A stretch of 64,000 nt of DNA from an uncultured Actinomycetota bacterium. Its GTDB lineage: Bacteria; Actinomycetota; Acidimicrobiia; Spongiisociales; UBA4744. The notes below the pieces were generated by a model. It was given only the letters and a program-made list of their open reading frames with translations, did not search any database and was not told the origin of the DNA. The position numbers and the translations under genes were made by a program. The DNA lies in NCBI GenBank assembly GCA_963718995.1, contig CAVRAP010000020.1, positions 36,912-100,911 of the forward strand, read 5' to 3'. Below are positions 33,499 through 41,767 of the stretch, in pieces; position 1 is the first letter of the stretch; each line of letters opens with the position of its first letter.

Positions 33499-34541
33499 GG
33501 ACGAACGAGCTGCAACGCTTCCGTTGCGGTCCAATCTCGGTCGTTCTCGAGGAGTCCGGGACGTCCCGGGACCCGTGCGGTGAAGCCGCCCTCAATGGCC
33601 GCCTGCAGTGCGGTGAGGAAACCTCGCAACTGTCGGGGGAGCGGGAAGTACTCTGCTTCGTCGGTGACGCTGAAGAGCTCAAATCCATCCGATGGCCCAA
33701 TACGGTCGATGACCTCCTGCACGAGGTGGTCCGGCGCCGACGCCCCGGCCGTGAGGCCGATAATCCGGGCGCCGGTGAGCCACTCGTCGCGAATGTCGCC
33801 GGCATCGTCGATCCGGTAGGCAGTAGTTCCGGCTTCTTCGGCAACACGGACGAGAGCCTGCGTGTTTGACGAGTTCTCAGACCCGACTACCAGGATCAGG
33901 TCGGCTCGCTCTGAGAGTTGCTGCACGGCTTCCTGCCGGTTGGTCGTGGCATAACAGAGGTCGCTCTTGCGAGCCGTCCACAGATCCGGGAACCGCCCTT
34001 CCGCTTCGCCGAGCACCTCCTGCCACTCGTGGATTCCGAGGGTCGTCTGCGCGAGCAGGGCCACACGGGCCGGGTCGGCCGGGTCGAATCCGGCCAGGCC
34101 GGTTTCCGGTTGGACGAGTTCGATTGCCGAAGGAGCCACCGCCACCGTTCCGATCGCCTCGTCGTGACCTTCGTGTCCCACGTAGATGATGTCGAAGCCC
34201 TGCTCGGCCATCCTTTTCACTTCATGATGGACCTTGGTGACCAGAGGACATACGGCGTCGATGACGACTCCGGCGCGGTCGCTCGCCCCTAGGACAACAT
34301 CAGGTGCAGATCCATGAGCCGACAGCATGACCGGTGCCCCTTCGGGGACTTCCTCGATGTTTTCGATGAAGACAACCCCGACCTGCTCGAAGGCCTTGAC
34401 GACCCATTGGTTGTGGACGATCTGGTGGTAGCAGTACACGGGGGGTTCGAAAACGCGCACCATCCAGGTAAGAGCCTTGATGGCCATCTCCACCCCGGCA
34501 CAGAATCCTCGAGGCTCGGCTAGTAACACTTTGTCCGCCAT
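33495..34541 (-). CDS. ispH: 4-hydroxy-3-methylbut-2-enyl diphosphate reductase
   Basis: ...EPRGFCAGVEMAI... with the three conserved Cys. 348 aa. Confidence 0.9.
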   Translation of the reverse strand: MADKVLLAEPRGFCAGVEMAIKALTWMVRVFEPPVYCYHQIVHNQWVVKAFEQVGVVFIENIEEVPEGAPVMLSAHGSAPDVVLGASDRAGVVIDAVCPLVTKVHHEVKRMAEQGFDIIYVGHEGHDEAIGTVAVAPSAIELVQPETGLAGFDPADPARVALLAQTTLGIHEWQEVLGEAEGRFPDLWTARKSDLCYATTNRQEAVQQLSERADLILVVGSENSSNTQALVRVAEEAGTTAYRIDDAGDIRDEWLTGARIIGLTAGASAPDHLVQEVIDRIGPSDGFELFSVTDEAEYFPLPRQLRGFLTALQAAIEGGFTARVPGRPGLLENDRDWTATEALQLVRP

Positions 34542-34636
34542 GGCGCCATGGTAGAAGCAGTTCGATACTGCGGCCGCTACCCGGTGTTAGCTCCTTATGC
34601 TGGGGGCGTGAACATTCTCTTGATGATCAGATACCA

Positions 34637-35959
34637 ATGAGCCGGCTGCCGGTGGTTGCGGTGCTGGGCCGCCCCAACGTCGGGAAGTCGACGTTGGTCA
34701 ACCGCGTGCTGGGTCGCCGCGAGGCCGTCGTGCAAGAACGTCCAGGTGTCACTCGCGACCGCCGCGAGTTTCGAGCCGACTGGGCGGGTCGTGATTTCAT
34801 TCTGATTGACACCGGGGGATGGGAGCTCGCTTCGGGGGTGGAGCTGACGTCCGGAATCACCGCCCAGGCCGAAGCGGCGCTGGTGGGAGCCGACGTAGTC
34901 CTGTTGGTGGTCGACGGCACCGTCGGGTTGTCGGAAGATGATGCGGCAGTAGCGAACATCCTGCGCGACACGTCTGCCACGGTCATTCTCGTTGCCAACA
35001 AGGTCGACGACGCAGCCAGAGAACTGTTGGTTCCTTCGTTGTGGAAGACGGGCATCGGCGAACCTGTTCCGGTCAGTGCTCTGCATGGGCGCGGGATCGG
35101 AGATCTGCTCGACCGACTGGTGGACGCACTGCCCGAGGCGGAAGAAGTCCACGAGGGTCGGATGCCAACCCTGGCCATCATCGGGCGGCCCAACGTTGGC
35201 AAGTCGACCCTGCTCAACCGGCTGACCGGGGAAGAGCGAGTGCTCGTTTCTTCCACCCCCGGCACGACGCGCGACCCCATCGATGTTGAGGTCACGCTCG
35301 GGGGCGTGCAGTACCGGGTCGTCGACACCGCCGGGATCCGGCGAAACCCCAAGGTCAAGGACAGCGCGGATTTCTATTCGATCATTCGTGCCAGGCAAGC
35401 ACTTGATGAAGCAGACGTGGCCCTGCTCCTCGTGGACGCCACCGAGGGCGTGACCCAGCAGGATCAGCGGATAGCCGAGGAGGCAGCCGAATCGGGGGCC
35501 GGATTGATTCTGCTTCTCAACAAATGGGATCTGCCCGACCTCGAACAGCGCGAAGTTACGACGTTCGGGGTAGGCGACCGGTTGGGTTTTGTCGGGTGGG
35601 CGCCGGTGCTTCGCATCTCGGCCTTGACCGGTGCCCGTTTGCACCGGTTGCCGCCGGCGCTGCAGGTTGTCCTCGAGAACCGGGCCCGGCGCATACCCAC
35701 CGGCCAGCTCAACCGGTTGATTCGGGGGTGGCAGGGAGCCCATCCGCCTCCGGTTCGGAAGGGTCGACGGCCCAAGATCCTCTACGCGGTTCAGGCTGGA
35801 GTCAACCCGCCCACGATTATCCTCTTCATCTCTGGCGGTGAAATCGGAGAAGATTACGTGCGGTATCTGGAGAACAAACTGCGGGCGGAGATAGATTTCG
35901 ACGGTACCCCTATCCATTTCATGACCCGCGCCAAGGAGAGACGGGCCGGTCGTGGCTGA
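34637..35959 (+). CDS. der: Ribosome-associated GTPase Der/EngA (tandem GTPase domains)
   Basis: Two G domains (GRPNVGKST twice) plus a KH-like C-terminus. Confidence 0.9.
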   Translation: MSRLPVVAVLGRPNVGKSTLVNRVLGRREAVVQERPGVTRDRREFRADWAGRDFILIDTGGWELASGVELTSGITAQAEAALVGADVVLLVVDGTVGLSEDDAAVANILRDTSATVILVANKVDDAARELLVPSLWKTGIGEPVPVSALHGRGIGDLLDRLVDALPEAEEVHEGRMPTLAIIGRPNVGKSTLLNRLTGEERVLVSSTPGTTRDPIDVEVTLGGVQYRVVDTAGIRRNPKVKDSADFYSIIRARQALDEADVALLLVDATEGVTQQDQRIAEEAAESGAGLILLLNKWDLPDLEQREVTTFGVGDRLGFVGWAPVLRISALTGARLHRLPPALQVVLENRARRIPTGQLNRLIRGWQGAHPPPVRKGRRPKILYAVQAGVNPPTIILFISGGEIGEDYVRYLENKLRAEIDFDGTPIHFMTRAKERRAGRG

Positions 35960-37484
35960 AGGGCGGCGAGAACGCATCCTGTCGGCAGATATCCGCTCCC
36001 GAACCGGGGGCCCGGAGAAGTACCGGGAACGATCGGCGGCCGACGGGAAGCTGTTCGTACGCGACCGCGTTGAACTGCTCTGCGATGAGGGTTCGTTCGT
36101 CGAAGATGGCCTGCTGGCCAACGCCGGCACCCCCGATCTGGCTGCCGACGGAGTCGTAACGGGACGAGGAATGGTCGATCGCCGGCCGGTATGGGTTATC
36201 GCCAACGACCCGACGGTGAAGGCCGGGAGCTGGGGGGCGCGAACCGTCGAGAAGATCGTGCGCGCTCTCGAGTCGGCCTACGACGAGATGTTGCCGGTCT
36301 TCTATCTGGTCGACTCGGCCGGCGCCCGCATAACCGATCAAGTCGATTTGTTTCCCGGGCGGCGCGGGGCCGGCCGGATCTTCTATAACCAGGTGCGTCT
36401 GTCCGGGCGGGTGCCCCAGATCTGTTGCCTGTTCGGGCCTTCAGCGGCCGGCGGCGCCTACATCCCGGCTTTCTGTGATGTCGTCGTCATGGTCGAAGGG
36501 CGGGCCTCGATGTACCTTGGTTCGCCCCGCATGGCCGAAATGGTCGTCGGGGAGACCACCACGCTCGAAGAGATGGGTGGGGCGCGGATGCACTGCACCG
36601 TGAGTGGGTGCGGGGACGCCCTCGTCGGGAGCGACGAGGAGGCTATCTCCTGGGCCCGGGCGTATTTCTCCTATGTGGCAGACAACACGAAGGTTTTCCC
36701 GCACCGGTTTGAGTCCGTTGGTCCGGACATGAGCGAGGATATCGCCAACATCGTCCCGGATGACCCTCGCCTCGTCTACGACATGAAACAGTTCATCCGG
36801 GCCCTCGTCGACGGGGGGAGCGTCTTCGAGATCAAGGAACTCTGGGCCCGCGAACTGATCACCGTCTTCGCACGAATCGACGGGCGCCCGATCGGCATTG
36901 TCGCGTCGAACCCCCAGCATTTGGGCGGGGTGCTCTTTGTCGACTCGGCAGACAAGGCAGCTCGCTTCATCTGGTTGTGCGACGCCTTCAACGTGCCGCT
37001 CATCTTCCTGGCCGACGTTCCGGGTTTCATGATCGGCTCGCAGGTCGAGCGGCAGGGAATCATCCGGGCCGGTGCCAAGATGCTGACCGCGGTCGCGGAA
37101 GCCACGGTGGCGCGGATCAGCGTGATCGTGCGCAAAGCCTACGGCGCCGGTTTGTATGCGTTTGCCGGCCCGGGACTTCGTCCGGATGCCACGCTGGCGC
37201 TTCCGACCGCGGAGATCGCAGTGATGGGTCCCGAGGCGGCCGTCAACGCCGTTTACTACAACACGATCCAGGAGATGAAAGGGGAGGAGCGAGAAGCCTT
37301 CGTGGCTGCCAAACGGCTCGAATACAGCGAAGACGTCGACCTCCTCCGTCTTGCCTCTGATCTGGTTGTCGATGCGGTGGTACAACCGGAGAACCTGCGC
37401 CACGAGCTGTCCATCCGCCTCGATTACCTCGCCGACAAGCGTCGCCACTTCTGCGATCGCCGCCATGGCGTTCCTCCGGTGTGA
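35952..37484 (+). CDS. Acyl-CoA carboxylase carboxyltransferase (beta) subunit
   Basis: Carboxyl transferase N- and C-terminal domains, 510 aa. Confidence 0.85.
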   Translation: MAEGRRERILSADIRSRTGGPEKYRERSAADGKLFVRDRVELLCDEGSFVEDGLLANAGTPDLAADGVVTGRGMVDRRPVWVIANDPTVKAGSWGARTVEKIVRALESAYDEMLPVFYLVDSAGARITDQVDLFPGRRGAGRIFYNQVRLSGRVPQICCLFGPSAAGGAYIPAFCDVVVMVEGRASMYLGSPRMAEMVVGETTTLEEMGGARMHCTVSGCGDALVGSDEEAISWARAYFSYVADNTKVFPHRFESVGPDMSEDIANIVPDDPRLVYDMKQFIRALVDGGSVFEIKELWARELITVFARIDGRPIGIVASNPQHLGGVLFVDSADKAARFIWLCDAFNVPLIFLADVPGFMIGSQVERQGIIRAGAKMLTAVAEATVARISVIVRKAYGAGLYAFAGPGLRPDATLALPTAEIAVMGPEAAVNAVYYNTIQEMKGEEREAFVAAKRLEYSEDVDLLRLASDLVVDAVVQPENLRHELSIRLDYLADKRRHFCDRRHGVPPV

Positions 37485-37525
37485 CCGATCCACAACCCGA
37501 GAAGCGGCCCTTGTTCTTCTGGTTC

Positions 37526-37627
37526 ATGGTGATCACCGTTGGGATCTACCTGGCGATTCGGCTGGTCGAGGGCATGCTCTGCGTGGGAGCCTGGATGGGA
37601 TGGGGGAGCTGCCCCTGGAGCGGGTAG
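37526..37627 (+). CDS. Candidate small hydrophobic Trp/Cys-rich peptide (33 aa; possibly 38 aa from TTG at 37511)
   Basis: MVITVGIYLAIRLVEGMLCVGAWMGWGSCPWSG. 28/33 codons end in G or C (strong GC3 bias). Sits 40 nt after the carboxyltransferase stop. No homologue recognised. Confidence 0.25.
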   Translation: MVITVGIYLAIRLVEGMLCVGAWMGWGSCPWSG

Positions 37628-37674
37628 TGCACGGTCCGTCCGGTAGCCGATGGCGCGGTTAACATCTCACTCCA

Positions 37675-37751
37675 CGGGCTGTGGCGCAGTTTGGCAGCGC
37701 GCTTGACTGGGGGTCAAGAGGTCGGGAGTTCAAATCTCCCCAGCCCGACCA
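37675..37751 (+). tRNA. tRNA-Pro (anticodon GGG), CCA encoded
   Basis: Acceptor stem CGGGCUG/CAGCCCG, D arm, anticodon stem CUUGA/UCAAG with loop CUGGGGG (anticodon GGG), T arm GGGAG-UUCAAAU-CUCCC, discriminator A plus CCA. Confidence 0.85.
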
Positions 37752-37752
37752 C

Positions 37753-37788
37753 CGGAATCCCCTGTATGTACAGGGGATTCTTTGTTTC
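37753..37788 (+). terminator. Rho-independent terminator after tRNA-Pro
   Basis: GGAATCCCCTGTA-TG-TACAGGGGATTC, a perfect 12-bp stem, followed by TTTGTTT. Confidence 0.6.
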
Positions 37789-38151
37789 AGCCAGAGAGTT
37801 CGTGCACGTTCAAGACTTAGCACGAGTCCGCGAAAATTGCGCGGGAGTCCGCAGAAGTGTCGCGTCGAGACGGTCGGAACCAGACCTCTTGGGCTACCGA
37901 GCGGGTCGAGTGTCGGTCGGAATGCTCCCCGTCTGTGTGGCTCCGGTTACAAGGACAAGCGGTGCACGGCAATTGATCTGCTATCGAGAGTGAGACACGG
38001 ATCTGTCCGGGATTGGCTCCTCTCTGTCAAGTGAGAGGGGTTCGGGGTGGGCAGGTGAGGACGTCTGTTGGCGTTGAAGCCTTCCGCGTGATCAGCTTTG
38101 CGCCTCGGTGCTGATGCTTTGGTTGGGCCACACCCCGAACCTTCTTGAAGG

Positions 38152-39243
38152 CTAGACGGCTGCGGTTCGGGATTTCATTGGTTGTCCGTTGCGTCGGAGT
38201 GTGTTGGGTGATCGGTAGGACGGGTAGTCGCCTCGAGCGGAGGGCCAGCGGGGCCATGTCTGGTCTTGTTGCTGATCGGTTTCGCGGTCTAGTTGGAGTT
38301 GACGGTATATGGCGTCGCTGATGCGCCGTTTCAGGCACCGGAGCGCTTCTCGTCTGGTTTTGTTCTCGTTGAGTTTGCGTCGGTAGTAGGCGCGGCCTGG
38401 TGTGTCATAGCGGATCTGGGCAATGGCCGCGATGTGGCTTGCGTGGTTGAGTTGCCGGTTCCCGGACCGGCTCAACCGATGCCGGTTGTTGTCGCCTGAC
38501 GACACCGCAATGGGGGCTGTGCCTGAGTAGCTGGCGAAGTGGTTCCTCGTTGGGAACCTCGACACGTCACCGACCTCTCCGAGGATCAGACCAGCGTTGA
38601 GGATCCCGACCCCGTAGATCCGGGTCAGTGTGGTGGCTGAGTCTTTGACTGCAGCGTGAATCTTCAACATGATCTGGTCGAGGCGCCGGTCGAATCGTTT
38701 GATGTCATCGATGTGATCAAGGGCGAGTTCGATCCGCATCAATCCGGCAGTGTCAGACACTTCTAACCCGTTGACCAGGGCTTCTGCACGTTCTGCGGTC
38801 AGGGCTCGTGGTGTGCCTCCAGGGATGAGCTCACGAATCAGTCGATGCAACCGGCACACCGATTGTGTCCTCGATGCGACTAACTCGTGACGCCGGTCCG
38901 ACAGCAACTTCAATGCCACGTTCTCGTCATCTGGCCGCACCATCCGCAGGTGTTTGCTGTGCAACGCCGCCCGCCCGATCGCCACCGCGTCAGCCCGATC
39001 GGTCTTGTTGCCATGTCCCGTCGAGTAGATCCGAACCCGAGTCGCTAACTTGGCCGGCACATCAACCACCGTCTCACCCACAGCGACGAGCCGCTGGGCG
39101 ATACTTCTCCCCACCCCGTTGGCTCCCTCGACCGCCCACACCCGGTCGGTGAACTCAGCCACCGCGTCCAACATCGCAACCATGCCCCGGGCCGTGTTAT
39201 CGAATCGTTGCTCCAACTCCAACATCTCGTCCCGGTCCAACAC
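38152..39243 (-). CDS. IS110 family transposase (DEDD-type)
   Basis: N-terminal DEDD RuvC-like domain (...AVEGANGVGRS...) and C-terminal transposase_20 domain ...GVGILNAGLILGEVGDVSRF.... 363 aa. Confidence 0.85.
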   Translation of the reverse strand: MLDRDEMLELEQRFDNTARGMVAMLDAVAEFTDRVWAVEGANGVGRSIAQRLVAVGETVVDVPAKLATRVRIYSTGHGNKTDRADAVAIGRAALHSKHLRMVRPDDENVALKLLSDRRHELVASRTQSVCRLHRLIRELIPGGTPRALTAERAEALVNGLEVSDTAGLMRIELALDHIDDIKRFDRRLDQIMLKIHAAVKDSATTLTRIYGVGILNAGLILGEVGDVSRFPTRNHFASYSGTAPIAVSSGDNNRHRLSRSGNRQLNHASHIAAIAQIRYDTPGRAYYRRKLNENKTRREALRCLKRRISDAIYRQLQLDRETDQQQDQTWPRWPSARGDYPSYRSPNTLRRNGQPMKSRTAAV

Positions 39244-39618
39244 TGCAATCGTGTTCGACGCCTTGTGCGGATCGAGACCGATAACCCATCTCAGTCATTG
39301 CCTTCTCCTCGTCCTCGCCGTATTCCTGACAGTGGACAGGACGGGCAATGCCTCTTCAAGCAGAGCAAACCGCTCTTCAGCCACACCCCATCCGAGGTCC
39401 AGGCCGCCAGCCATTCAAGAGCCACAACCCGAACACGGGATGGGCAGCCGGTTCACGAGCGAGCCATCCAGGACCTCAACCCGAAGACTCGCCGAGCCCC
39501 CGAATCACGTCCAGTTCTAACAAGAGGCCGGATATCGCGCTGTCAAACCGTGTGATTGGTGGTGTCGGCGGGCGTCGTTATGCGCTACCTGCGTTAGCTC
39601 TGCCAGATAACGGCAGAG
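39244..39618 (-). ncRNA. Non-coding 5' leader of the IS110 element; candidate bridge/guide RNA locus
   Basis: About 375 nt with no credible ORF (the + strand ORFs 39050..39520 and 39208..39555 lack coding features) immediately upstream of the transposase start. Contains a perfect hairpin TAGCTCTGCC-AGATAAC-GGCAGAGCTA at 39594-39620. IS110-family elements encode a structured RNA in this position. Confidence 0.25.
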
Positions 39619-40137
39619 CTAGCGCCGATTTCCGGATGTGGATGGCCGCTCGCTCATTGCGTCGAGGACCTCGGGATCGTCGATGAGCCCACCGCCCCGG
39701 ACCGTTGCCCCGATCGTGAGGGCGGCCGACACCACCACGATGTTCTTGAGGATGTACTGGCCTTCAAGTGTCGGCACGAACAGTTGTGACCAGGTCACCT
39801 CAGGGAAGAGAAACAGCGGTGTCACGGCACCGAGCATCTGACCGACCAGCAGCAACAGGGTGAAGCGCATGAACTTGCCTGTGATGAGTCCGATCCCGAT
39901 CGCCGTTTCGAGGATTGCCAGTAGGACGCGGGCGAGGTCTTCAGTTATCAGGCCAAAGAAGAGCAGGTCAATCGTCTCAGTGGCGAGTTGGTCGGCGGGG
40001 CTCAGACCTGGCCAAAACTTGAGCACTCCGAACCAGATGAAGATGAGCCCAATGCTGATGCGTAGGAGCGTCAGTCCGTGCTGTGCAAGCCAGTGGGTTA
40101 CCCGCCGGTCGATCACGTGGAATGCCGTTTGATCCAT
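39619..40137 (-). CDS. DoxX/DUF417-like inner-membrane protein
   Basis: 172 aa with 4 predicted TM helices (...LLRISIGLIFIWFGVLKF...). Confidence 0.55.
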   Translation of the reverse strand: MDQTAFHVIDRRVTHWLAQHGLTLLRISIGLIFIWFGVLKFWPGLSPADQLATETIDLLFFGLITEDLARVLLAILETAIGIGLITGKFMRFTLLLLVGQMLGAVTPLFLFPEVTWSQLFVPTLEGQYILKNIVVVSAALTIGATVRGGGLIDDPEVLDAMSERPSTSGNRR

Positions 40138-40252
40138 CCGTCAACGGTATCAATGCTGGCGAAGTAGCAGCACTCGGTTCCCGGAAATGGCAGTGAGTTC
40201 TTGCTTGGCTGCACCGACGGCGCACAGATCACCAATTCGGTTGCGACAACGA

Positions 40253-40300
40253 TCGCTCTTCAAAGGAGCGCATACCGGCACTTCGTGCGCACTTCGTGCG
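40253..40300. promoter_or_regulatory. Palindromic element: tandem GCACTTCGTGC x2 nested in the 8-bp inverted repeat GGAGCGCA...TGCGCTCC
   Basis: Lies between the vapC 3' end and the DoxX 5' end. It could be an operator for the DoxX-like gene or a terminator for vapBC on the - strand. Confidence 0.3.
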
Positions 40301-40361
40301 CTCCTGTCTCGGCCGGCGGCGAGCACCCACCGTGGCGACCGTTGTAGTGCCGGACGTCCGG

Positions 40362-40754
40362 TCAGGGTTCGATGCGGTGGACGGATGGCACCCGGTCGAT
40401 GCTTCGGTCGTAGGAGATGATGTCGTGTATCCCTGAGGCCTCGGCCGATGCCACGAGGTAGGCCTCTGCGAAGTCGATCCGATGGGTTTCGTACACCTCG
40501 AGCGCACGGAGGAGGAGGGCCGGATCCAGCGTCCGGATGGGAAGGAACGCGATCACCGATCGCACCAGCTGGGCCACCTCGTCGACGGGTACCTCATAGA
40601 ACGACTCGAGCACGTAGACGACCTCAGCAACGATGAGGTCGGGGAGGAGCAACTCGTCCGCTCCGGCCAGGAAGGCGGTGGCGCGTGCCGCCAGGTCGGG
40701 TGGGTCGCCGGTCAGATGCCTGATCAGGACGTTGGTGTCAACGAAAGCCGTCAC
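40362..40754 (-). CDS. vapC: PIN-domain toxin VapC
   Basis: MTAFVDTNVLI... (conserved N-terminal Asp) plus further acidic residues typical of the PIN fold. 4-nt overlap with the upstream antitoxin. Confidence 0.8.
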   Translation of the reverse strand: MTAFVDTNVLIRHLTGDPPDLAARATAFLAGADELLLPDLIVAEVVYVLESFYEVPVDEVAQLVRSVIAFLPIRTLDPALLLRALEVYETHRIDFAEAYLVASAEASGIHDIISYDRSIDRVPSVHRIEP

Positions 40755-40999
40755 CGACGCGCCTCGGCGCGAGCCCGCCGGGTGCTGCGCCGCACCTCAT
40801 CCCATGCCACTCCTCGTTTGGCAGCCGGTACGTCTACTGCGCCGGCCAGGTCTAGGAGGTTGGGGGTCTTGGCGAGCAGGGCACGGTGCTGTTCCACCCT
40901 GAACACGATCTGATCACCTTCGGTGATGCCGAGCGCTTCCCGGACTTTCTTGGGGATGGTGATCTGGCCCTTCGACGTGACTTTGGCTGCGAGATCCAC
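40751..40999 (-). CDS. vapB: AbrB/MazE/SpoVT-type antitoxin VapB
   Basis: 82 aa. ...KGQITIPKKVREALGITEGDQIVF... swapped-hairpin DNA-binding motif. Confidence 0.75.
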   Translation of the reverse strand: MDLAAKVTSKGQITIPKKVREALGITEGDQIVFRVEQHRALLAKTPNLLDLAGAVDVPAAKRGVAWDEVRRSTRRARAEARR

Positions 41000-41250
41000 T
41001 CGGGTAGCTCCTTACTATGCAGGCGAGGTAAGGATATCATGCCTACCCGTCGATTACCAGAGACCGGCGAACGTCACCCGGGCGGAGGCAAGTACAGCCA
41101 AGGATTCACAGCCGAGGATCCAAGAGTCCGCGAAAAGTCCGCGGGAGAATGAAAAACACTGCAAAACGATGAAAGACAATGAGCAGCAAAAGCCCAGGTC
41201 AGAGGTCAGATCGCGCCGATTCACCAGGTCGTCAAAACCCCCTGATCCCG

Positions 41251-41290
41251 TCTGGGGGTCAAGAGGTCGAGAGAATCAATCGCCCTTGTG
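41251..41290 (+). repeat. Direct repeat of tRNA-Pro anticodon-loop/3' half (putative island att site remnant)
   Basis: ctgggggtcaagaggtcgagag matches tRNA positions 37707-37728 at 21/22. The downstream aatcaatcgcccttgtggagcccgg loosely resembles the T-arm/acceptor 3' end. Confidence 0.5.
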
Positions 41291-41341
41291 GAGCCCGGCA
41301 CTAGCCTTCCCACATACTTGGCGCCGTAGGAGGGGACGACG

Positions 41342-41686
41342 ATGATGCTGCTGGATATCGGAGACAAGGTCCATGTGATCGAGCGGCGCCAATTCGATTC
41401 CGATGTACGTCGCCATTTCTTTGGTGCCGTTGAGCGGGTCGACGGTTCGGCCATGCGGATTGCCGGCTACGTCTATGTGTACGATGCAGGCTCCTCGAGC
41501 TACGTGCGCGGCAGCACGCTGCGAACCAGGGTCATTCCGCTGGGGTCGGCCGGGTTCGTGATCAACGTCGCACCACCCGAGACTGTGGTTGCTGAGGTTC
41601 GATACGTTGAGCAGAACGGGCGACTAACGGTCACCGACGGCGGTTCGTTCGCTCTCGATATCAACGAATTCGGGCGCATGCGCTAG
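41342..41686 (+). CDS. Hypothetical protein (114 aa), unknown function
   Basis: GGAGGGG Shine-Dalgarno upstream and good GC3 bias. No recognisable domain. Confidence 0.5.
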   Translation: MMLLDIGDKVHVIERRQFDSDVRRHFFGAVERVDGSAMRIAGYVYVYDAGSSSYVRGSTLRTRVIPLGSAGFVINVAPPETVVAEVRYVEQNGRLTVTDGGSFALDINEFGRMR

Positions 41687-41767
41687 AACCGCCGGTAACG
41701 AGTTCCATCCTGGTGCCGACAATCCGTCCTCAGGTATGGCTCTCCCGACGCCGATAAAACCCGTGAC

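Larger units (their letters stand above)
37752..41290. mobile_element. Degraded integrative-island remnant at tRNA-Pro: IS110 element, DoxX-like and vapBC, bounded by a tRNA 3'-half direct repeat
   Basis: 21 of 22 nt (ctgggggtcaagaggtcgRgag, one R mismatch; tRNA anticodon loop to T-arm start, 37707-37728) recur in direct orientation at 41251-41272, followed by a decayed T-arm/acceptor-like tail. Cargo is accessory-type and there is no integrase. Confidence 0.45.

Noticed and set aside
37681-38034. ORFs 37681..38034 and 37691..37993 (+), plus 38027..38338 (-), around the tRNA and IS flank.
   Set aside because: They overlap the tRNA-Pro gene and terminator, and their translations lack coding features. 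The region is better explained as tRNA, terminator and IS110 non-coding flank.
39050-39555. The + strand ORFs 39050..39520 and 39208..39555 as cargo genes of the IS element.
   Set aside because: They overlap the transposase start and its leader. They are Ser/Pro/Arg-rich with no domain and have poor third-position bias.
41200-41300. A second, complete tRNA gene at 41200-41300.
   Set aside because: Only the anticodon-loop to T-arm-start segment matches tRNA-Pro. No acceptor or D-arm pairing can be drawn, and the T-arm is degenerate. It was treated as a tRNA fragment and att remnant.
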